Assembly: GCA_009781525.1 (NCBI GenBank) | Contig: WQXZ01000001.1 | Location: forward strand, 1-33,585 | Direction of reading: 5' to 3' | DNA length: 33,585 nt | DNA from: Coriobacteriia bacterium | GTDB taxonomy: Bacteria; Actinomycetota; Coriobacteriia; Coriobacteriales; UBA8131 | In this document: in pieces, positions 9,078 to 16,560 of the stretch | How positions within the stretch are numbered: the stretch's first letter is position 1 | Layout of the letters: each line of letters starts with the position of its first letter | Made by a program: the position numbers and the translations under genes | Notes under the pieces: model-generated | Database searches by the model: none | Seen by the model: the letters and a program-made list of their open reading frames with translations, nothing else | Told to the model about the DNA's origin: nothing

Positions 9078-9127
9078 GGACAAGAGTGGGACAAAAGTGC
9101 CCGTCCCCTTTGTCCCCCCTTTGTCCC
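9078..9127 (-). terminator. Nested hairpin immediately downstream of the 5x rubrerythrin stop codon (possible terminator or mRNA stabiliser)
   Basis: GGGACAAGAG and GGGACAAAAG (9078-9097) are followed by CCTTTGTCCC and CTTTGTCCC (9107-9127). It starts 5 nt after the TAG at 9132-9134. No clear U-tract. Confidence 0.35.
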
Positions 9128-9131
9128 AGCG

Positions 9132-12100
9132 CTAGCCAGCCATTAGCTGCCTTTTGCGGCTGGTCAGCACCAGGTAGCATCCAACCAGCAGCATTGATAT
9201 TGAGCCTGCTCCGGCAAAGAGCACCCCTGGGCTCTCGCCGGTCTTCGGTGTAGTGGAAGACCTGAGCGCAGTGTGCAGAATAAAGCTACTGACTGAAGCT
9301 CTGCAGATCGGGCAGGTGGTGAAGTCGATGCTGTTCGCAGGGAATACTGCACCACAGATCGGACAGCGATAGACAATCTCGTATGTATCCCTAAGATATT
9401 GAGCATCGCTGATGTTTGCTAAAGCGTCAGCAAAGATACCAGCATGTACATTTTCAGCTGCTCCAGCTCGGTTGAACATGCTTCTTGCAGCGGAGTATCC
9501 TTCAGCATCAGCGTCAGCACCGAAATCCGGATACATCACCGAATACTCATAGGTCTCGCTATCGATAGCCGCTTGGAGGTTCTCTGCGGTAGTGCCGACT
9601 GTTGGAGTTGCAGCTATCGGGCGAGATGCTGGGTCTGCTCCCATCGCAAGTAACAATATCCACTCGTCATCAGCATGTTTCTGCTCTGCTGCTGCTGTTG
9701 CTCTGAACAGGTTAGCTATATCGGGATACCCCTCTGCCTGTGCTTTCACTGCAAAAGCAAGGTAAGCAGCAGCAGCATTGGACTCGCCTTGAACCGAAGA
9801 CATCAGGTTGCTAAAGGTGTCTGACGAGAGCACTGAGATATAGGATGCAAAGCTGGCTACACCTGCACCACAGATCGGGCAGTTGGAAGCTGGAACGCTG
9901 TCTCCGGTAAACACTGCTCCGCAGACCGGGCAGCGCCAGACCTGACCAAATGTATCTGCCAGATAGCCAGCATCATCCAGGTTGGCTAATGCATCGGCAA
10001 AGTTGCCTGCGTGTACCTCTTCAGCGGCACCGGCTCGATTGAACATGTTTCTTGCAGAAGTTCTGCCTTCAGCATTTGCATCAGCAGCAAAACCTGGGTA
10101 CATCACAGAGTATTCATAGGTCTCACCGTCGATAGCCGCTTGGAGGTTCTCTGCGGTAGTGCCGACTACCGGGGTTGCAGCTATCGGGCGAGATGCTGGG
10201 TCTGCTCCAATCGCCAACAATAGCGCCCACTCATCATCTGCATGCTTCTGTTCTGCAGCAGCTGTTGCTCTGAACAGGTTTGCTATATCGGGATACCCCT
10301 CTGCCTCTGCCTTCGCAGCAAAAGCAAGGTAAGCAGCAGCAGCATTGGACTCGCCTTGAACCGAAGCCATCAGGTCCATGAATGTGTTCGAGGAGAAAAC
10401 AGCAATATATGGCACAAACCCTGCAGCAGCCGCACCACAGATCGGGCAGTTGGAAACCGGTATGGTGTCTCCGGTAAACACAGCTCCGCAGACCGGGCAG
10501 CGCCAGACCTGACCATATGCATCTGCCAGATAGCCAGCATCATCCAGGTTGGCTAATACATCGGCAAAGTTGCCTGCGTGCACCTCTTCAACCGCACCAG
10601 TTCTATTGAACATATTTCTCGCTGCAGTAAAGCCTTCAAGCTGTGCGTAAGCAGCAAAACCTGGATACATCACGATGTATTCATAGGTCTCACCGTCAAT
10701 AGACGCTTGGAGGTTCTCTGCGGTAGTGCCGACTGTTGGAGCTGCAGCAAGAGGGCGAGTCGCAGGGTCAGCGCCCATCGCCAGTAACAACGCCCACTCA
10801 TCATCTGCATGCTTCTGTTCTGCAGCAGCTGTTGCTCTATACAGATTGGCGATACCAGAATACCCTTCGGCTTCAGCCTTTGCCGCAAATGCAAGATAGG
10901 CAGCAACGGCGTTGGTCTCACCTTGAATCGAATCAATAAGAGCAGCAAAGGTATCTGAAGAGAGGATGGCGTTGTATGAGACAAAACTGCTTATTCCTGC
11001 ATTACAGATCGGGCAGCGGGAACCCGGTATGGTGGCTCCAGTAAACACTGCACCACAGACCGGGCAGCGCCAGACCTGGTTAAAGCTCTCTGCCATGAAA
11101 CTTGCATCAGCAAGATTATTCAGTGCTGTTGTAAAGTTACCAGCATGCATCTGTTCAGCTTGAAGCGTTCTTGTAAACAGGTTCCTGGCTGCTGTATACC
11201 CCTCATCAAGCGCATCTTGAGCAAAAACAGGATACATAACAGTGAACTCATAGGTTTCGCCGTCGATCGCAGCCTGTAGGTTCTCAGCGGTTGTACCTAC
11301 AGCAGGCACCGCTGCAGTAGGTCGGCTAGCAGGATCAGCACCTAAACTTAAAAGAATCGCCCATTCGTCATCAGCATGCTTTGCTTCAGCAGCAGCAGTA
11401 GCAGTGAACAGATTGGCGATATATAAGTACCCGTCAGCTTTCGCTTTTGCCGCAAATGCTGTATAGGCTGCAGCTGCATTGGTCTCACCCTGCACAGCAT
11501 CCATTAGGTTTGAATAGGTATCAGTGAATCTGAAAGAGATCGTCGTTCTGAACATCGGCTTTTCAACACCACAGATCGGGCAAACATTCGGCACAGAGTC
11601 ATCTGTATATACCGCCCCACAGGTTGGGCATCGATAAACGGTGCCGAAAGCATAGATCAGCTCATCAACATCACCCAGGTTTGCCAGGGCGAAGGAGAAG
11701 TTCTGAGCATGCACCTCTTCAACCTGCCTGGTTCTGTTAAAGGTGTTCCGAGCTAAAACGTTACCGTCTAGTTCCGCATCATTAAAAAACCCTGGATACA
11801 TTACAGTGAACTCATATGTCTCGCCGTCAATAGCAGCTTGCAGGTTCTCAGCAGTGGTGCCAACGGTTGGAGTTGCAGCAACTGGGCGATCTGCAGCGTC
11901 AGCGCCCAGGCTAACGAGTAAAGCCCATTCGTCATCGGCATGCTTTGCCTCAGCAGCAGCGGTTGCGCGGAACAGGTTGGCAATATCTGGGTGTCCTTCA
12001 CTTTCTGCTTTTATCGCAAAAGCTGTGTAGGCAGCAGCGGCATTGGTCTCGCCTTGAACAGCATCCATCAGATTGTTATAGGTGTCACCAGCCGCAGCAT

Positions 12101-12209
12101 ATACCCTTGGAGGAACAAACACCCCAGCTAAAACCAGTATTAACGACAACGTTGTTGCCAAGACTCTCTTTGCTAACCTCGCATGGATGGCGGTCGACGT
12201 AAGCTCCAT
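9132..12209 (-). CDS. Exported, cell-wall/membrane-anchored protein made of five tandem complete rubrerythrin modules (diiron four-helix bundle plus rubredoxin-like Cys4 domain)
   Basis: 1025-aa ORF with GGAGGGG SD ending 5 nt before the ATG. N-terminal signal-like segment MELTSTAIHARLAKRVLATTLSLILVLAGVFVPPRVYAAAGD. Five ~189-aa repeats start at about aa 42, 230, 419, 608 and 797. Each has QGE[TS]NA, AAAE[AQ]KH, TAENLQAxIDxETYE, an ExxH (EEVHA/EQMHA/ENVHA) and [YW]RCPxCGAV...CPIC. The C-terminus TTPKTGESPGVLFAGAGSISMLLVGCYLVLTSRKRQLMAG is an LPXTG-like sorting signal. Confidence 0.9.
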   Translation of the reverse strand: MELTSTAIHARLAKRVLATTLSLILVLAGVFVPPRVYAAAGDTYNNLMDAVQGETNAAAAYTAFAIKAESEGHPDIANLFRATAAAEAKHADDEWALLVSLGADAADRPVAATPTVGTTAENLQAAIDGETYEFTVMYPGFFNDAELDGNVLARNTFNRTRQVEEVHAQNFSFALANLGDVDELIYAFGTVYRCPTCGAVYTDDSVPNVCPICGVEKPMFRTTISFRFTDTYSNLMDAVQGETNAAAAYTAFAAKAKADGYLYIANLFTATAAAEAKHADDEWAILLSLGADPASRPTAAVPAVGTTAENLQAAIDGETYEFTVMYPVFAQDALDEGYTAARNLFTRTLQAEQMHAGNFTTALNNLADASFMAESFNQVWRCPVCGAVFTGATIPGSRCPICNAGISSFVSYNAILSSDTFAALIDSIQGETNAVAAYLAFAAKAEAEGYSGIANLYRATAAAEQKHADDEWALLLAMGADPATRPLAAAPTVGTTAENLQASIDGETYEYIVMYPGFAAYAQLEGFTAARNMFNRTGAVEEVHAGNFADVLANLDDAGYLADAYGQVWRCPVCGAVFTGDTIPVSNCPICGAAAAGFVPYIAVFSSNTFMDLMASVQGESNAAAAYLAFAAKAEAEGYPDIANLFRATAAAEQKHADDEWALLLAIGADPASRPIAATPVVGTTAENLQAAIDGETYEYSVMYPGFAADANAEGRTSARNMFNRAGAAEEVHAGNFADALANLDDAGYLADTFGQVWRCPVCGAVFTGDSVPASNCPICGAGVASFASYISVLSSDTFSNLMSSVQGESNAAAAYLAFAVKAQAEGYPDIANLFRATAAAEQKHADDEWILLLAMGADPASRPIAATPTVGTTAENLQAAIDSETYEYSVMYPDFGADADAEGYSAARSMFNRAGAAENVHAGIFADALANISDAQYLRDTYEIVYRCPICGAVFPANSIDFTTCPICRASVSSFILHTALRSSTTPKTGESPGVLFAGAGSISMLLVGCYLVLTSRKRQLMAG
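9254..12086 (-). repeat. Five in-frame tandem repeats of ~567 bp, one rubrerythrin module each
   Basis: Module boundaries at about 12086, 11522, 10955, 10388, 9821 and 9254. Long near-identical DNA stretches link modules 3-5, e.g. CATCGGCAAAGTTGCCTGCGTG[TC]ACCTCTTCA near 9990 and 10560. Similar plus-strand shadow ORFs recur at 9444, 10011 and 10578 with 567-bp spacing. Confidence 0.9.
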
Positions 12210-12422
12210 GGTTTCCCCTCCATTTGCTAAATCACACTGCTATAGCTTGAATCTCATTTTCTGCTCGAAAACATAATATACCGTCGCCTAATAGGAATAC
12301 AGCAGAATAGAAATATTCTTGCATGATGAATTAAGAACAACTTGAGCGAATACATGCTAGCTCTCATTCATTACAGCTAACCGCAGTATTCTATTTGCGA
12401 AATGATGGCAGCACCTAAAAGC

Positions 12423-13805
12423 CTACGAACGTCTGCGCGAGTCCCCGAATCCTCTGGATACGATAATCATGCCGGCAGCCAATAAGGTCAAAGCTATCAC
12501 TTTCACTCGCTGGCTGAATACCCCTTCAGCTTCAGCCTCATCGACCTGATGCTCCAGAAAATCATCAACAGACGCTCGGCAGATCGAGCAGTTATCCCCA
12601 GGTAAGGGCACCACTGTGCCGGTATCTCCTGCCGAGAACACTGCGCCACAAACCGGACAGCGATAGAGCGTCCCAAAGGCTTCAGCCAGATACTCGGCAT
12701 CGTCAAGCCTTGCCAGTGCATACTCAAAGTTGATGCCATGCACAGCCTCAACTGCGCTTAACTGGAAGAACAACCGGCTTGCATCGGCGCTTCTACTACC
12801 GGCACCGCGTGCTGTAGTAAAATTTGGATACATCGTGATGTACTCATAAGTCTCGCCGTCTATTGCAGCCTGCAGGTTCTCAGCCGTTGACCCAACAACC
12901 GGCACTGCGGCTTTCGGACGATCAGCAGGCTTAGCCCCCATCGCAGTCAGGATCACCCATAGCTCGTCCGCGTGCTGCTGCTCAGCAGCTGCAGTTGCTA
13001 AGAACAGATTAGCGACATCTAAATAGCCTTCATCCTCAGCCTGTTCAGCATAGGCAGTATAGGCAGCTACCGCGTTAGTCTCACCCTGAACGGCCGTCAT
13101 CAGATTCTCGTAGGTATCGACCACTGATGTCGCAATATACCGAACAAATCTCACAGTAGCCGTTCCGCAAACCGGACAATTCGAAGTCGGCACCGTAGCA
13201 GCGCTGAATACCGCCCCGCAAACCGGACAGCGATAAACAGTGCTATAAGTATCCACCATATAATTACGAGCCTGTATGTTTTCTAAAGCATCCGCGTAGT
13301 TTCCGGCATGAATCTGCTCAGCTTTCATAGCCCTGTTGAACACCGAGATAGCATCACTCGCATACTCAGCCCGCGCCTCCTCAATAAACGATGGATACAT
13401 CACCGTGTACTCATAGATCTCGCCATCGATTGCCGCCTGCAGGTTCTCAGCTGTGGTTCCCACCGACAACTCGCCAACCGCCGGACGGGTCACGCTCCGG
13501 TCAAGGTCAATCAACGCGTACCATTCATCTTCAGAATGCTTTTTCTCTGCATCAGAAGTCGCTCTGAACAGATTCGCCACCTCGTAATAACCTTCTGCCT
13601 CTGCCACATCGGCAAAGGCGGAATAAGCTGCAGAGGCGTTGGTCTCGCCTTGAATCGCACTCATCAGATTGCGCTCAGTATTCTCAGTTGCTGCAAAGAC
13701 CCCAACAGGTAAAGTCATCCCAAATAGCATAAACACCAGAGCTATCGCGGCAACAGTAACCAGTCTGGAGCGTTTTTTATTTGTGGATAAAATCGACGTC
13801 TTCAT
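12423..13805 (-). CDS. Exported, C-terminally membrane-anchored protein with two tandem rubrerythrin modules
   Basis: 460-aa ORF. Signal-like N-terminus MKTSILSTNKKRSRLVTVAAIALVFMLFGMTLPVGVFAATEN. Both modules carry QGETNA, ExxH (DAEKKH / AAEQQH), TAENLQAAIDGE, ExxH (AEQIHA / VEAVHG) and CPVCG...C[PS][VI]C. C-terminal hydrophobic helix VIALTLLAAGMIIV plus basic tail SRGFGDSRRRS, with no obvious xPxTG motif. Confidence 0.9.
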   Translation of the reverse strand: MKTSILSTNKKRSRLVTVAAIALVFMLFGMTLPVGVFAATENTERNLMSAIQGETNASAAYSAFADVAEAEGYYEVANLFRATSDAEKKHSEDEWYALIDLDRSVTRPAVGELSVGTTAENLQAAIDGEIYEYTVMYPSFIEEARAEYASDAISVFNRAMKAEQIHAGNYADALENIQARNYMVDTYSTVYRCPVCGAVFSAATVPTSNCPVCGTATVRFVRYIATSVVDTYENLMTAVQGETNAVAAYTAYAEQAEDEGYLDVANLFLATAAAEQQHADELWVILTAMGAKPADRPKAAVPVVGSTAENLQAAIDGETYEYITMYPNFTTARGAGSRSADASRLFFQLSAVEAVHGINFEYALARLDDAEYLAEAFGTLYRCPVCGAVFSAGDTGTVVPLPGDNCSICRASVDDFLEHQVDEAEAEGVFSQRVKVIALTLLAAGMIIVSRGFGDSRRRS

Positions 13806-13884
13806 TCCCGGTCTCCCATTTCACTCCGATGTTTGTATCTTTATCTGCATTTTACATGGTCTACTCCCAAAACACTGTCAAAAG

Positions 13885-16005
13885 CTAAAAGCTGTATGAG
13901 CGGGATCGGAATACTCCTATCTTCAGACGACGATGCACAACAAGTATTGCCACGCCAAGCCCACATGTAAGCGAAGCAAGTAGTGCTGCTGCAACGCCGC
14001 TGTCACCAGTCTTTGGTGTCTCAGTGTTGTCAGATGGTGGAGGTGGCGTGGTGTTTTTCGTCCAAGTCGCTGTCACAGTAACATTCTTTACTGGCATGGT
14101 GAAATAGGTACTGGCACGCCCCGCATCTGCAAAAACCACATCGTCACTTGTTACCCAGCCCGCAAATGTATATCCTGGCCGGCTCCCAGCACCAATCGTG
14201 ACTACTTCATCCTCAAAATAGAGACTTTCTCCACTGTTTAATGCAAAGCTATCTACAACTGTGACTCTGTACTCGGGTGGGTCTGACAAGGTCAGGTATC
14301 TGAAGTCGGCATCGTCTATGCCGGGTACTGGTAGGGTTTTCGTGCTCATTTCATAACCATCTGGATAAGTAACCAGGCTATCGTCGTTGAAAATGATGTC
14401 GTTGCCGGCAAGGTATCTGCCGTCGCCCTTGCTTGCGGTGATGTCTGGCTCGAGAATCAGCGGGTGCGCGAGGCGGAAAGTGTCAGAATACTTTGCCCAG
14501 AATGCGCCGCCGGTTATCAGATTCAGTCGTCCTGCGGGCGCGTTCAGGCAGTCTATGGCGTGGCTGTCGCCAATGATCACGCCGCCAGAGATGTGCTCGA
14601 TCAGGCCATTGTTTAGAATGCCACAACCGAGCAGACTGCTTTCGTTGGTAGCTATCAAGCCACCGCTTATTTCGCCGATGCTGCCGTTTTCGTAGACCCA
14701 GATTCCAGCTCTGCCGCCGATGATCTCTGCTTGTCCAGAAATCGACTTGACACTGCCGGCGGCAAAGATCCCGTAGCTGCGACCGTAAATCTCTCCGCCT
14801 GTGATTGATTTGATAACGCTGCCAGGCTCGTTTTGGATGCCGATGCCGCCGACGAAAGAGCCGCCAGAAATCGAGTCGATTCTCGAGCCTTCGCCGAACA
14901 TCCAGATACCGATTCTACCCCCGCTGACCTGGCAGTTTGTTATGGAGTTGATGCCGCCGGCTGGATAGTCCTCAGAGTAGATCACGATCACGCCATTGGT
15001 ACTGGCGTTCAGCGACACAAACTCGCCGCCGGATATCAACTCGACCCAGCTGCCGCGCACAACGCCCAGCGCGCTGGTTTTAGATGACTGAAAGTAGCCA
15101 CCAGAAATCGTGCCGATCCGCCCTTGATTCTGCACAAAGACTGCCTGGCCATTCAGTGTCACTGACGCGTTTGTCTGATAGATTGAGCCCCCCGAGATCT
15201 CGTCTACCCTTGAGCCGTTGCCACTGACCAGCAGTCCGATGTTTGACGCATAGATTTCTCCACCGGTAATCGATATAACTCTGGCTCCCCCCATTACCTC
15301 CAGTCCATGGTCGGAGCCTCTGATTATGCCACCACTGACGCTGCAGGTAACATTAGCGCCATTCAGCAAGACAATGCCTCTCAGAGTCACGCCAGCTCTG
15401 ATGTGAACAGCGCCATTTGTAGCATTAACCGATGGCGAAATGGTTGAGATTGTCAGTTGGTTTTCGCCAATGCCGTCACCAAGAGTCAAAGTGCCACCGC
15501 TTTGCACCCGCAGACAGTAGGCTGCCAAAGTCACGATGTGATTACCTTCAGCAGCGACCAGTGTCACATCTGACGTGATAAGAACGTCGCCTGCCTCAGT
15601 CACATTGTCGATGACCTCAAGAGTGAATGCCGAGATGCCTTCTGCGTTGGCTGCCGTGATTGCCTCCGTCATGGTGTCGTACAGCTCACCAGTCTCAACC
15701 AGCCGAACCGGATGTTCAGGCGAATCTTCCAGTGAAAAAATGCCCTCGACTGCTCCAGCTGGCTCGCGTTCCGCGTCTGCCCCGGCTACCTCATTTCCAG
15801 GCTTCGCTTCCTCGCTTGCTTCGCGCTCCGCGACCTCGCTACCTTCGGCATCGTCTGCATCGTTTACCAGTTCATGCAAGCTACTGTCACCTTCCGTGTC
15901 AGTTGCGTAGACCGGTGTTGGCAATAACTGCAGATAAGCCGAAAACAGGAAAGCCGTTAACAGCAGCTTCATTACCCTTTTTGAGTTGGTTTTGGATTGA
16001 ATCAT
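13885..16005 (-). CDS. Cell-wall-anchored surface protein: signal peptide, acidic linker, about a dozen I-[ST]-G-G beta-helix-type repeats, one Listeria-Bacteroides (Flg_new) repeat domain, and a TPKTG sorting signal
   Basis: 706-aa ORF with AAGGGGG SD. N-terminus MIQSKTNSKRVMKLLLTAFLFSAYLQLLPTPVYATD. Repeats of ~22-24 aa (ISITGGEIY, EISGGSIY, TISGGYF, LISGGEF, SISGGSF, SITGGEIY, EISGGLI, HISGGVI, LITGGAF and others). YRVTVVDS...RPGYTFAGWVTSDDVVF...VTVTATW matches the Flg_new pattern. C-terminus ETPKTGDSGVAAALLASLTCGLGVAILVVHRRLK. Confidence 0.85.
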   Translation of the reverse strand: MIQSKTNSKRVMKLLLTAFLFSAYLQLLPTPVYATDTEGDSSLHELVNDADDAEGSEVAEREASEEAKPGNEVAGADAEREPAGAVEGIFSLEDSPEHPVRLVETGELYDTMTEAITAANAEGISAFTLEVIDNVTEAGDVLITSDVTLVAAEGNHIVTLAAYCLRVQSGGTLTLGDGIGENQLTISTISPSVNATNGAVHIRAGVTLRGIVLLNGANVTCSVSGGIIRGSDHGLEVMGGARVISITGGEIYASNIGLLVSGNGSRVDEISGGSIYQTNASVTLNGQAVFVQNQGRIGTISGGYFQSSKTSALGVVRGSWVELISGGEFVSLNASTNGVIVIYSEDYPAGGINSITNCQVSGGRIGIWMFGEGSRIDSISGGSFVGGIGIQNEPGSVIKSITGGEIYGRSYGIFAAGSVKSISGQAEIIGGRAGIWVYENGSIGEISGGLIATNESSLLGCGILNNGLIEHISGGVIIGDSHAIDCLNAPAGRLNLITGGAFWAKYSDTFRLAHPLILEPDITASKGDGRYLAGNDIIFNDDSLVTYPDGYEMSTKTLPVPGIDDADFRYLTLSDPPEYRVTVVDSFALNSGESLYFEDEVVTIGAGSRPGYTFAGWVTSDDVVFADAGRASTYFTMPVKNVTVTATWTKNTTPPPPSDNTETPKTGDSGVAAALLASLTCGLGVAILVVHRRLKIGVFRSRSYSF

Positions 16006-16258
16006 TTTGCCCCCTTGCGTCTTGATTCTATATTCGGTTTTCTTGAAGCATTGCTATTTATATCTTGTACTAGCTATCTTCACTCAACATAAAACCATCT
16101 CTGATGCAATCTGTAAAGTGGCACGTGCAAAATAGTCCACAAAAATCAAGTTAACTGCTGGTCAAGCGCCGCACCGGTTCGCACCGTAGACAATCAACCC
16201 CAACCAGTAACCAACCCCACCGAAGGCTTGCTGCGACCTTAATCTGGCACATCAGTAT

Positions 16259-16428
16259 TTCGTAGCAGAATATTGCGGTTTAGTACACGATTCGACCTGA
16301 ACCGCACAGCTTTTCATAGGTTTGTGTACCGTTATTCGGACACTGATGCCAGTATTTGGCTCCCATACGCCAATTATCTGATGATTTACATGCCGACGCT
16401 GTACTAAACCGCAATATTCTGCTACGAA
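16259..16428. repeat. Long inverted-repeat element E3: 29-bp perfect arms (16259-16287 / 16400-16428) around a 112-bp spacer, 254 bp upstream of the surface/rubrerythrin operon start
   Basis: TTCGTAGCAGAATATTGCGGTTTAGTACA and its exact reverse complement. The flanks (~16200-16258 and 16429-16490) are weakly complementary, e.g. CCCACCGAAGG versus CCTGTCGGTGAG. Confidence 0.9.
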
Positions 16429-16560
16429 CTAGGTGTTTGCATTTGCTGTGACCTGTCGGTGAGAGTAAGGTGACCCAGTAGTTAGTTGCAGGTTGTATTA
16501 GGTTGCGTGTTGCGAAGCTTGTGCAGCTTGGATGGGTAATGACATCGCAATACTTTCAGA

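Noticed and set aside
7400-9130. Calling the AT-rich pocket with E1 a mobile element or genomic island
   Set aside because: There is no transposase, integrase, target-site duplication or tRNA-adjacent att site visible here. The evidence supports only anomalous composition plus an inverted repeat.
9444-10787. Recurring 69-104-aa plus-strand ORFs (9444, 10011, 10242, 10578) with similar sequences
   Set aside because: They lie antisense to the rubrerythrin modules and recur every 567 bp only because the coding repeat recurs. They have no SD and their composition is Cys/Ser-rich shadow sequence.
9254-12086. Possibility that the regular repeats are a CRISPR array or an assembly artefact
   Set aside because: The units are ~567 bp, contiguous with no spacers, in frame, and encode intact rubrerythrin modules that differ by many substitutions. 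This is neither CRISPR-like nor a simple collapsed or duplicated assembly.
9132-13805. Tat (twin-arginine) export of the iron-containing rubrerythrin proteins
   Set aside because: Neither N-terminus contains an S/T-R-R-x-F-L-K-like motif (only KR or KRSR). They look like Sec-type signals, which is part of why the system is puzzling.
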